From assembly GCA_963662545.2 (NCBI GenBank), contig CAXXLL010000002.1, forward strand, positions 1,984,001 through 2,048,000: DNA of 64,000 nt, given 5' to 3'. This document shows, in pieces, positions 27,791 to 36,964 of this stretch. Each line of letters begins with the position of its first letter. Positions within the stretch are counted from its first letter, which is position 1. The notes under the pieces were generated by a model, which saw only the letters and a program-made list of their open reading frames with translations, did not search any database and had not been told where the DNA came from. Made by a program: the position numbers and the translations under genes. Origin of the DNA: Gammaproteobacteria bacterium (lineage in GTDB: Bacteria > Pseudomonadota > Gammaproteobacteria > Ga0077536).

Positions 27791-28900
27791 TCAGGCAAAC
27801 TCGGCGCGAATCGACGCCCCGTGTTCGTCCAGCGCCGGGACGCGGGCCGGTTGCGGCGCCTCGTCTCCCGTGCGCCGCACCAGTGATACCCGCTGACCCG
27901 AGGACACCACCTCCTTTTTTACGAGCGCGGGATGGTGCTGCAAATCACTGATATCGTTGATGTTACCGCAGGCGATACCCGCCTTCTCGAGCCTCGCCGC
28001 CATCTCTGCGCGGTTGAATTGCGTAAAAAAGGCCTCGATTTCCCCGCGCAGGCCGTCCTTGTTTTCGACGCGCGACATATTGGTCTTATAGCGCAGGTCT
28101 TCGGTCAACGCCGGGCGCCCGAGAATTTCGGTACACAGCTGCATCCATTCGCGCTGATTCTGCACGACGATGAAGATCGGTCCGTCCAAAGTTTCGAACG
28201 CGCCATAGGGTGCTATCTGTGCGTGGTCCATACCGGTCCCGCCCAGGAGCTTGCCGCCATATTCGTAAGTCGCCAAAGGTACTGCGAGCCATTCCGAGGT
28301 CACTTCGAACAGCGATACTTCGACGTGCGCTCCGCGTTCATCCCGTGCGCGACGGATCAGCGCTTTTAAAATTTCGCCGTAAGCGGTGAGGCCGGTGGAA
28401 ATATCACAGATCGAAGCACCCACCTTTGAAGGATGTCCCGGTGGCCCGGTTACCGAGCACAGGCCCGATTCCGCCTGGATCAGAGCGTCATAGGCCTTCA
28501 TTCCGGCATAAGGTCCGGTCTGGCCATAACCCGAAATACTGCACATCACCAGGCGGGGATTCAGCGCCTTGACCGCAAAGTAGCCGAAGCCCAGGCGATC
28601 GACCGCACCCGGACGTAGATTCTGAATAAAAACATCCGCACGCTGAATAATCGTCGTCAGCAAGGTCCGGTCGCCCTCACGCTTGAGATCGACCGCCAGC
28701 GATTCCTTGCCGGCATTGAGCCAGACGAAATATCCACTTTCACCGTTGATAACATCATCATAGGCTCGGGCGAAATCGCCTTCCAGGCGTTCGAGCTTGA
28801 TCACCCTCGCACCGCCCTCGGCCAGCAGTCGGCTACAGTAGGGTGCAGCGACTGCCTGTTCCAGCGAGACGACGAGCAATCCGTCCAGGGAAGCGGTCAC
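27791..28900 (-). CDS. CaiB/BaiF CoA-transferase (itaconate CoA-transferase-like)
   Basis: LEQAVAAPYCS, GDFARAYD, WLNAGKES, KAYDALIQAESG. Confidence 0.9.
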   Translation of the reverse strand: MTASLDGLLVVSLEQAVAAPYCSRLLAEGGARVIKLERLEGDFARAYDDVINGESGYFVWLNAGKESLAVDLKREGDRTLLTTIIQRADVFIQNLRPGAVDRLGFGYFAVKALNPRLVMCSISGYGQTGPYAGMKAYDALIQAESGLCSVTGPPGHPSKVGASICDISTGLTAYGEILKALIRRARDERGAHVEVSLFEVTSEWLAVPLATYEYGGKLLGGTGMDHAQIAPYGAFETLDGPIFIVVQNQREWMQLCTEILGRPALTEDLRYKTNMSRVENKDGLRGEIEAFFTQFNRAEMAARLEKAGIACGNINDISDLQHHPALVKKEVVSSGQRVSLVRRTGDEAPQPARVPALDEHGASIRAEFA

Positions 28901-28906
28901 GAATTG

Positions 28907-29067
28907 TAGTGCGCCGTCCCGCGAAAAACTTTCATAATTCGCTGGTCTTTTTCATCCCCAGCCGCGCTCGTCCTTGCGTAGAGCCCGCTACGCGGCGTCC
29001 TCGCGCCTTGCCAGAAACGAAAAATCCAGCGCGACTTACGCAACTTTTTCGCGGGACGGCACACTAG
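28907..29067. mobile_element. MITE family B, diverged copy 3
   Basis: TIRs tagtgcgccgtcccgcgaaaaa ... tttttcgcgggacggcacacta; shares ttcataattcgctggtc, cctcgcgccttgc and gcgcgactta with B1/B2. Confidence 0.82.
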
Positions 29068-30227
29068 TACGAACGTGGCAAGTCGAGTTCGTGCTCGCCG
29101 ATGAAAGCAAGGATCAGATTGGTCGAGATGGGTGCAATCCGGTAGAGGCGCGTTTCGCGGAACTTCCTCTCGATATCGTATTCCTCGGCGACGGCAAAAC
29201 CGCCGAAGGTTTGCATACAAGTGTCCGCCGCCTCCCACGACGCTTCCGATGCCAGCAGTTTGGCGAGATTGGCATACATGCCGGCGTTGTCGCCCGAATC
29301 ATAAATCCGGCATGACTTTTCCAGGACCGCTTCGGCCGCCTCGGTCTGCGCAAAAGCGCGCGCGATCGGGAACTGGATCCCCTGGTTCTGTCCGATTGGG
29401 CGGCCGAATACGATGCGTTCACGCGCGTAATCGGACGCCTTCTTGATGAACCAGCGGGCATCGCCGATGCATTCGGCCGCGACCAGGATCCGCTCCGCAT
29501 TCATGCCCGAAAGAATATAGCGAAATCCCTTGCCTTCCTCGCCGATCAGGCTCGACGCCGGGATCGGTACCTTGTCGAAAAAGATCTCGGTGGTCGAATG
29601 ATTGATCATGGTGCGGATCGGCTTGATGGTCATGCCATTTTTTTTCGCTTCGCGCATGTCGATCAGGAACACCGACAAGCCATCCAAACGCTTCTTGACC
29701 TCATCCTTCGGCGTCGTGCGCGCCAGCAGGATCATGAGATCCGAATATTCGGCGCGCGAAGTCCAGACTTTCTGGCCATTCACGATATAGCGATCGCCAT
29801 CGCGCACGGCCATGGTCGAGATGCTGCTGGTGTCCGTTCCCGCGGTCGGCTCGGTGACGCCGAACGCCTGCAAACGCAGCTCGCCCAAGGCGATGCCGGG
29901 CAGGTACTGCGCTTTCTGCTCCTTGCTGCCGTGGCGCAGCACGGTGCCCATCGTGTACATCTGGGCGTGGCAGGCGCCGGCGTTGGCGCCGAATTCGTGG
30001 ATGGCTTTCAAGATTTCCGCGCCAACGGCGATCGGCAGGCCACTGCCGCCGTATTCTTCCGGGATCAGCGAAGCCAGCAAGCCGAGTTCGGTCAGCTTGT
30101 CGACGAACTCCTTGGGGTAGGCGCGATCACGGTCCTTTGCACGCCAGTACTCGCCCGGGAATTCTTCGCAGACCTTCTTGATGGTAGCGCGCAGTTGCGC
30201 TACCACTTCCTGGTGTTCGTCGGTCAT
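29064..30227 (-). CDS. acyl-CoA dehydrogenase
   Basis: CHAQMYTMG, QAFGVTEP, NGQKVWTS, RLYRIAPISTN. Confidence 0.94.
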   Translation of the reverse strand: MTDEHQEVVAQLRATIKKVCEEFPGEYWRAKDRDRAYPKEFVDKLTELGLLASLIPEEYGGSGLPIAVGAEILKAIHEFGANAGACHAQMYTMGTVLRHGSKEQKAQYLPGIALGELRLQAFGVTEPTAGTDTSSISTMAVRDGDRYIVNGQKVWTSRAEYSDLMILLARTTPKDEVKKRLDGLSVFLIDMREAKKNGMTIKPIRTMINHSTTEIFFDKVPIPASSLIGEEGKGFRYILSGMNAERILVAAECIGDARWFIKKASDYARERIVFGRPIGQNQGIQFPIARAFAQTEAAEAVLEKSCRIYDSGDNAGMYANLAKLLASEASWEAADTCMQTFGGFAVAEEYDIERKFRETRLYRIAPISTNLILAFIGEHELDLPRSY

Positions 30228-30340
30228 GGCGATGCTCGTTTCAGGTAGTCACAGTCGCTGCGTCAACGAAGTCAGCAGCGCACGTCGCCGGTAAGTCGAC
30301 TTCTACGGACAACGACATTTTTATCCCGCCGAGATGATCC

Positions 30341-30364
30341 GTAGGAGCCCGCTTGTGGGCGAAT
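30341..30364 (+). repeat. single GTAG-type REP
   Basis: gtaggagcccgcttgtgggcgaat, same family as 26690-26752. Confidence 0.7.
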
Positions 30365-30390
30365 ACTTAGCCGAATGGCAACGACGCACC

Positions 30391-31239
30391 TCAATTCAGT
30401 GCACGAATCTTGTCGAGCACCGGCAGCAGGTAACGGTTGAAAACCTCGGGATTCTCACTCATCGGAAAATGTCCGATTTCTTCCATGATGATGCATTCCG
30501 AGTTCTTCGTATTCTTCGCCGCTTCTTCCGTCATTTCAGCCGTACAGGCAAAGTCGTAAATACCGGTCATGTAATAAATGGGCACCTTGCCCGACAGCTT
30601 CTCGGTGCGGCCGCGAAAATCGTGATCGACGCTGTAGAAATAGAGGTCGCCCTTGAATACTCCGGGACCGCCCTGGGCGTAATACCACCAGGTTTCCCAG
30701 CGGTATTTGTCCGGGCTTTGCGGCGCCATCAGGCCGAACACCGAGGTCGCACAGGTTTCGCCGCCATGTATATGCGAGTGCCGCAGCCAGTCGATATGCC
30801 AGCCCGGAGAATATTCACAGGCCTCGATGGCAATCAGCGCTTTGAGTTCGCTCTCGTACTTCTCGGCCAGGTGCATGCAGATGTTACCACCCATGGAGCT
30901 GCCCAAGATGACCGGTTTGTCGAGACCCAGTTCACGGCAGAAGGACATCAAGATGCCGGCATAGAATTTGGCCGTTAACTTGTACTCTTCGTCTTCCTTG
31001 TACCAGTCGTATGGCGGGATGGATTTTCCATGTCGGGGAAGGTCGAACGCGATGACGCGAAAATTCTTGTTGATCGCCGCATCGCACAATTGATGACGCC
31101 ACTCGCGAGAATCGGTGCCGGCTGTATGCAGGCAAACCAGAGGTATGCCTTCGCCGGCTTCTTCAAAAAAGATACGGTATTCGGTTCCTTCGTACGGAAT
31201 CCAGATGTAACGTCCCACGATCGGTTCAATATTTGCCAC
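30391..31239 (-). CDS. alpha/beta hydrolase
   Basis: CLHTAG, FDLPRHGKS, GSSMGG nucleophile elbow, GHFPMSEN; GTG start after GAGGGAG. Confidence 0.9.
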   Translation of the reverse strand: MANIEPIVGRYIWIPYEGTEYRIFFEEAGEGIPLVCLHTAGTDSREWRHQLCDAAINKNFRVIAFDLPRHGKSIPPYDWYKEDEEYKLTAKFYAGILMSFCRELGLDKPVILGSSMGGNICMHLAEKYESELKALIAIEACEYSPGWHIDWLRHSHIHGGETCATSVFGLMAPQSPDKYRWETWWYYAQGGPGVFKGDLYFYSVDHDFRGRTEKLSGKVPIYYMTGIYDFACTAEMTEEAAKNTKNSECIIMEEIGHFPMSENPEVFNRYLLPVLDKIRALN

Positions 31240-31263
31240 TTTAGTCTCCCTCAAAACAGGCGC

Positions 31264-31641
31264 TCAGATTTCGCGCATCCGGTCGAGCGCCCACATCAAC
31301 GCGCGCATGTTCTGCCACAAGACCATCTGGTCCCCTTCGAGCGTTACCCGCCCGTGCAGCGGGTGCGCCATCGCCCACAAGTCGTTGTACATGGGGGGCG
31401 GGGTTTCCTGACAGAATTTCTCCCAGCTTTCTGCCGGACCCTTGATGGCGAGTTCGTAACAGGTTTCCGGCCCGAGCTCATCGACGATTTCGGCCAGTTT
31501 TCCTTGGTCAAACGAAACGACGTACTGCTGGTCGCCGAAACCGAAGAGCAGATTCGCAGTGAAGTGTTTACCGATCCAGCTCATGGGACCGTTGTTATTG
31601 ACTGCATCCTGCCATTTCTTCATCCAGGACATGTCGAACAT
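31264..31641 (-). CDS. SCP2-like lipid-binding domain protein
   Basis: 125 aa, strong RBS GGAGG; ends in AIKGPAESWEKF...VTLEGD, an SCP2-like pattern. Confidence 0.65.
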   Translation of the reverse strand: MFDMSWMKKWQDAVNNNGPMSWIGKHFTANLLFGFGDQQYVVSFDQGKLAEIVDELGPETCYELAIKGPAESWEKFCQETPPPMYNDLWAMAHPLHGRVTLEGDQMVLWQNMRALMWALDRMREI

Positions 31642-31820
31642 GGTGTACCTCCTCCCTCTGTGATCACCGAAACCCCGTCAACGCCAAGCGCATGCGAGCG
31701 CTGGTTACAACCCACGTCTCGGGACAACGTCTCTTTAAGCAATAGGTAAATTATACGTTAGATTAAATCGAGTTCTTCGTCGACCCGTGGCGTGCGGAAG
31801 ACCGGCTCGATCCGCGCTGC

Positions 31821-32321
31821 TCAGCCCAAACCCAGCCGCAGGATCCGATCATTTTCCTCGTGCCGCGCGGCATCCGGATCCGGCTGACTGGGCACGGCAT
31901 CGATGGCGTCCACATAGGGCTGGGGAAAGTCATGGAGGCGGGCACCTGCTAGTACGAAGCCCTTGTACCAGTCATAAGGCTTGAGGCGCGTATCGATGCT
32001 GGTTTCATTCGCACGGTAGAACACGCATCGTCCCATCGGCGCGATCTCGATCCACTGATCGCGGTAACCGCGGCCCAGTCCTTCGATGCGATCGAGTATC
32101 AATTTGTCCGGTGGTCTTATGATGTAGACGGCACCAAAAGCCGTTGCAGACACCTGCTCGGCCAGATTGCATTTCCCCGAACCGTCGCCCCCGAGCTTGT
32201 TGAATTCCAGTGCCCAGCCAGACAGTTCGACCATCCCGATCGTCTCGACGATCGGGATGCGTGCCAGCAATCGCGGCGGATACAGGTTCGATCCGTAGGC
32301 GATGTAATTCACAGTATCCAT
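31821..32321 (-). CDS. gamma-glutamylcyclotransferase family protein
   Basis: YIAYGSNL, LDRIEG-GY, PYDWYK. Confidence 0.88.
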   Translation of the reverse strand: MDTVNYIAYGSNLYPPRLLARIPIVETIGMVELSGWALEFNKLGGDGSGKCNLAEQVSATAFGAVYIIRPPDKLILDRIEGLGRGYRDQWIEIAPMGRCVFYRANETSIDTRLKPYDWYKGFVLAGARLHDFPQPYVDAIDAVPSQPDPDAARHEENDRILRLGLG

Positions 32322-32424
32322 AATGGCGGTAGGTCTTTGCTTTGTGTCGCGGCGGGCGGGCTTCCTCTTAGGTGTAAACTAAGCGCGACGCCGGCACAAG
32401 CATGCCGGGGAGGGATTACGGCCA

Positions 32425-33567
32425 GTGACGGACACAGAATTTCTGACGCATGCGGACGACATTAAAGAGTGGCGCCACGGGCACGTGCCGGTCTTCAATG
32501 ACAATAAGCTCAAGCTCGGCATCTTCGGTCAGAACTGCAGCAATGGCTGCACCATTACCCACGCGCAGACGAGTTTCGAGCCCACCTACGAACACAGCGT
32601 CAAGATCAGCCAACTAGCCGACGAACTCGGCCTCGAACTGCTGGTTCCCGTCGGCCGCTGGAAACATTTCGGCGGCACGACGCGGTTCAACGAAAACAAT
32701 CTCGAAGTGTTCACCTGGGCCACGGCGATGGCCTGCAACACGCAAAACATCATGGTGTTCGCGACCTCACACGTACCCACTGTTCATCCCCTTTTCGCGG
32801 CCAAACAATGCGCGACCATCGACAATATTTCGGCCGGCCGATTCGGCCTCAATATCGTCTGCGGCTGGTTTCGCCCCGAGATCGAGATGTTCGGCATCGA
32901 GCAGCTCGATCACGATGAGCGCTACCGCATGGCCGATGACTGGTTGACCTGCATTAAGCGTGCGTGGTCGGAGCAGGACTTCGATCACACCGGCGAATAC
33001 TTCCGGATCAAGGGTGGATTCCTATTGCCGAAACCGATTCAGCAGCCCTGGCCCGTCCTGGTCAACGCCGGCAGCTCTGAGGCGGGACGCGAATTCTCTG
33101 CCCGGCACGTCGACTTCAACTTAATCACCATCACGACCGAAGAAGAGGCCCGCTTCAATATCAAAGACGTTAAGGCGCGCGCAGCCCGCCATCAGCGCGA
33201 ATGCGGCGTCATGACCTATGGCATCGTGTGCTGCCGCGACACCGAGAAAGAGGCACAGGAACTCTACGATCACATTGTTAGAGAAGGCGACTGGGAGGCG
33301 GCGAACAACATCATGGACCTGCTCGGCATCGAGAGCAGTTCCTTTGGCGACAAGGACACGGTGCGCCGCCTGGGCGAGCGCTTCATCGCGGGCTGGGGCG
33401 GCTACCCGCTGGTGGGAACGCCGGAACAAGTCGTCGAGAAAATGCAGTCGATACATAATATGGGGATCGAAGGCCTCATTCTTTCGTGGCTGGACTACCA
33501 CGAAGAACTCCAGTATTTCGGCGAACGCGTCATGCCGCTGTTGCGGGAGGCGGGGCTTCGTCAATGA
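32425..33567 (+). CDS. LLM-class flavin-dependent monooxygenase (SfnG/RutA-like)
   Basis: PVGRWKHFGG, GRFGLNIVCGW, PKPIQQP-NAGSS, PLVGTPE. Confidence 0.92.
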   Translation: MTDTEFLTHADDIKEWRHGHVPVFNDNKLKLGIFGQNCSNGCTITHAQTSFEPTYEHSVKISQLADELGLELLVPVGRWKHFGGTTRFNENNLEVFTWATAMACNTQNIMVFATSHVPTVHPLFAAKQCATIDNISAGRFGLNIVCGWFRPEIEMFGIEQLDHDERYRMADDWLTCIKRAWSEQDFDHTGEYFRIKGGFLLPKPIQQPWPVLVNAGSSEAGREFSARHVDFNLITITTEEEARFNIKDVKARAARHQRECGVMTYGIVCCRDTEKEAQELYDHIVREGDWEAANNIMDLLGIESSSFGDKDTVRRLGERFIAGWGGYPLVGTPEQVVEKMQSIHNMGIEGLILSWLDYHEELQYFGERVMPLLREAGLRQ

Positions 33568-33626
33568 TCGCCGCGACACTGCTGCGCATTTTCCATCGGC
33601 CCTAATGAATCAACCGAGGTAATAGC

Positions 33627-34793
33627 ATGGCAGCCACGGCAGAACAATTCACCGACGATGACGAAATTCAGATCCTGGATTCAATCGGCAACTGGCTCGA
33701 CAAGGAAGTTCGACCCGTGGTCAAACACTTCGACCACGAGGATGAATACCCTGCCGATCTGGTGGCGCAGATGAAGGACCTGGGACTGTTCAGCCTCATG
33801 TACCCGGTCGAGCACGGCGGTCTCGGGATGCATGCGTCCGCCTACGCCAAGCTCATTACTTTGCTTTGCGAAACGTGGATGAGCCTGGCCGGCGTCATTA
33901 ATACCCACATGATGCTGGGACATTTAATCGTACGCTTCGGCACGGAGGCGCAGAAAGCCCAATTCCTGCCGAAACTGGCGGTCGCCGAACTTCACGGCGT
34001 GCTATGCCTGACCGAACCCGATGCAGGCACGGATCTGCAGGGGATCAAAACCCAGGCAAAACGCAAGGGTGACGAATACGTCATCAATGGTTCCAAGATG
34101 TGGATCACGAACGGTATGTACGGTTCGCTCTATGCCATTCTGACCAAGACCGATCCCACCACCAAGCCCGCGCACAAAGGCATGACGATGTTCCTGGCGG
34201 AGCGGGGTCCGGGCTTTAATGTCGACGGTAAGCTCAAAAAACTCGGGTACCGGGGCCTGGAGAGTGTCGCCTTGAGTTTCGACGACTATCACATCGCCGC
34301 GGACCGCATCCTCGGCGGCGAGGAAGGGCACGGTTTTCATCACGCCGTCGGCGGGCTTGAACTCGGACGCATCAATGTCGCCGCGCGCGGCGTCGGCGTC
34401 GCGCGCGCAGCGCTGAACGACGCCGTGCGATATGCGCAGGAGCGCCGGACTTTCGGCAAGCCGATCTGTGAACATCAGTCGATACAGATCAAGCTGGCCG
34501 ACATGGCGACGCGCGTCGAGGCAGCGCGCCTGCTGGTCGAACAGGCGGCTGCAAAATTCGACCGCGGTGAACGTTGCGACATGGAGGCGGGCATGGCCAA
34601 GCTCTTCGCCTCCGAAGCGGCGCTCGAGAACGCGACTGAAGCCATGCGCGTGCACGGCGGTTACGGCTACTCCGAGGAATTCGACGTCGAGCGCTATTAC
34701 CGCGATGCGCCGCTGTTGTGTATCGGCGAAGGAACCAACGAGATCCAGCGCGTATTGATCTCGCGGCAGTTGATCAAGCGCAATCCCATTTGA
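33627..34793 (+). CDS. acyl-CoA dehydrogenase
   Basis: CLTEPDAGTD, NGSKMWITN, HGGYGY, IGEGTNEIQ. Confidence 0.95.
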   Translation: MAATAEQFTDDDEIQILDSIGNWLDKEVRPVVKHFDHEDEYPADLVAQMKDLGLFSLMYPVEHGGLGMHASAYAKLITLLCETWMSLAGVINTHMMLGHLIVRFGTEAQKAQFLPKLAVAELHGVLCLTEPDAGTDLQGIKTQAKRKGDEYVINGSKMWITNGMYGSLYAILTKTDPTTKPAHKGMTMFLAERGPGFNVDGKLKKLGYRGLESVALSFDDYHIAADRILGGEEGHGFHHAVGGLELGRINVAARGVGVARAALNDAVRYAQERRTFGKPICEHQSIQIKLADMATRVEAARLLVEQAAAKFDRGERCDMEAGMAKLFASEAALENATEAMRVHGGYGYSEEFDVERYYRDAPLLCIGEGTNEIQRVLISRQLIKRNPI

Positions 34794-34834
34794 AGCGGGC
34801 TTACCCGACCGATTCTCAGGCGAATTAACAGACC

Positions 34835-35620
34835 ATGAGTCACTTACCCACGCTGTTCCTGTCCCACGGCGCGCCCAACGCCGTGTTGCACGACGTACCC
34901 GCTCGCCGCTTCTTCGATGGCCTCGCTGCCAAACTGCCGACGCCCCAAGCGATCCTCGTGGCGTCAGCCCATTACGAAGCCTCACAGCCGTCAGTGACCG
35001 CCGTCGAACAGCCCCGCACGATTCATGATTTTTCCGGATTCGAACCCGAACTCTACACCATGCATTACGATGCGCCGGGTTCACCTGAACTGGCGTCGCG
35101 GGTCATTACCTTACTGCAGGAAAATTTTGAGGTGGAGCCGGTGAGCGACACCGATTGGGGATTGGACCACGGGGTGTGGAGTCCGCTGTCGCGTATCTAT
35201 CCGGCGGCCGACATTCCGGTCGTTGCGCTCAGCATCAATCGCCTCGGCGGTCCCGCCTGGCACGTCGACCTTGGACGCGCGCTCCGCGTGCTGCGCGAAG
35301 AAGGCGTCCTCGTCTGTGGCTCGGGTTCGATCACCCACAACCTGTCGCGCGTCAAGCCGCCGATTACGAACGACGACGCGCCGCAGTGGGCGCGGAAATT
35401 CGTGCAGTGGTTTGAAGCCCGCCTCGACGAGGGTGACGAAGCCGCGCTGCTCGAATACCGCGCGACCGCGCCCTCGGCACGCGACAATCATCCGACCGAA
35501 GAGCATCTGCTGCCGATGTTTGTCGCCCTCGGCGCCGCCAGCAAAGAATGGCAGGCAACAAAGCTGCACGGCAGCTTTACCTATGGCTCCTTGGCGATGG
35601 ACGCGTATTGTTTTTTCTGA
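34835..35620 (+). CDS. DODA/YgiD-type class III extradiol dioxygenase
   Basis: FLSHGAP, SAH, HDFSGF, GLDHG, GSGSITHNL, HPTEEH. Confidence 0.93.
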   Translation: MSHLPTLFLSHGAPNAVLHDVPARRFFDGLAAKLPTPQAILVASAHYEASQPSVTAVEQPRTIHDFSGFEPELYTMHYDAPGSPELASRVITLLQENFEVEPVSDTDWGLDHGVWSPLSRIYPAADIPVVALSINRLGGPAWHVDLGRALRVLREEGVLVCGSGSITHNLSRVKPPITNDDAPQWARKFVQWFEARLDEGDEAALLEYRATAPSARDNHPTEEHLLPMFVALGAASKEWQATKLHGSFTYGSLAMDAYCFF

Positions 35621-35855
35621 CCACGAAATAATTCGTTCGGCCGCCGCCGAACGGTCCATATCGGGTGATGGTTTCGACGACTTCGCAGACCGTGCCATTA
35701 GAACCGCCGATGATGATAGCCTGGAAAACCGATGCCGGGATTACATGTATTCGAAACAGGCAACGGAAGCTCAATTCGATCTCAACCGGGGACGCCAGCC
35801 CATTTTCGAACCGCGCTCTGGTAGCGTCCGCTATGTGTAAGATACGGCAACGCCG

Positions 35856-36959
35856 ATGATCAACTGCATCATCGGTACGCGCGCCCAGCTCATCAAGATG
35901 GCCCCGGTGCTGCTGGCCTTGGAGCGTGACAAGACACCATACCGCCTGATCTTCACCGGGCAGCACAAAACGACCATGCAAGAGCTACTCGACGAATTCG
36001 GGGTGCAAGCGGCGCCCGTCATACTCTACGACGGCGGTGAAATCACTGGCGTTGCGCAAATGGGGCGATGGTTCCTCCAGATGTTGTGGCGAGGCTTACG
36101 CGGGCGGGGCAGATTGCTCGGCTATTCGCCGCACGAACGCAATTGCGTGCTCATTCACGGTGACACGATTTCCACATTACTCGGGGCCTTGATGGGACGG
36201 TTTGCGCGCTGCGAAGTGGCCCATGTCGAAGCCGGACTCACCTCAGGACGCTTGCTCGAACCGTTTCCCGAGGAAGTCACCCGGCGCCTGGTATTCCGTC
36301 TGGCGGACGTGGCGTTTTGTCCGGGGCCATGGGCGATGAGCAATATGCGCAGGTTTCGCGCGCGTCCGGTCGACACCGGCGCTAATACGATCGTCGATGC
36401 GGTGCGGGAGGCCATGCAGCGCTTCGATGAAGCGGTGGTCGAGGTACCGGAAACCGCCTATGCCGTAGTATCGCTGCACCGATTTGAGAATATTTTCAGA
36501 GCGGAACGCTTCACGTTCATCATCGAAGCGCTGGAACGCATCGCAGAGAGAATCCGGATCGTCTTCGTCCTGCACCCCGCGACGGCCAAGCAAGCCGAAA
36601 AATTTCGGCTGCTGGAGCGTCTCAAGACCAATGCATCTATCAGTCTTTATCCGCGAATGACCTATCTATCGTTCTTGAAATTGCTTTCTCAGAGCACCTT
36701 CGTCATTACCGATGGCGGCAGTAATCAGGAGGAACTGTCCTACTTGCACATCCCGACGCTCCTAATGCGGGCCACAACGGAGCGCAAAGAGGGTTTAGAC
36801 GACAACGTGGTGATCAGCAGTTACGACAGTGGAGTCATCGAGCGCTTTGTCGATGACGCTATGGCCGGGTCGGAACGGGTGCCAGGCGAGCCAGGCGCCC
36901 AACGGCCTTCCGAGATCATTGCACGGGAACTTAAGCAGAACTATACAAAGGGCGGCTAG
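35856..36959 (+). CDS. UDP-N-acetylglucosamine 2-epimerase family protein
   Basis: GTRAQLIKMAP, TGQH, HGDT, HVEAGL-PFPEE, TDGGSNQEE. Confidence 0.9.
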   Translation: MINCIIGTRAQLIKMAPVLLALERDKTPYRLIFTGQHKTTMQELLDEFGVQAAPVILYDGGEITGVAQMGRWFLQMLWRGLRGRGRLLGYSPHERNCVLIHGDTISTLLGALMGRFARCEVAHVEAGLTSGRLLEPFPEEVTRRLVFRLADVAFCPGPWAMSNMRRFRARPVDTGANTIVDAVREAMQRFDEAVVEVPETAYAVVSLHRFENIFRAERFTFIIEALERIAERIRIVFVLHPATAKQAEKFRLLERLKTNASISLYPRMTYLSFLKLLSQSTFVITDGGSNQEELSYLHIPTLLMRATTERKEGLDDNVVISSYDSGVIERFVDDAMAGSERVPGEPGAQRPSEIIARELKQNYTKGG

Positions 36960-36964
36960 CTCGA

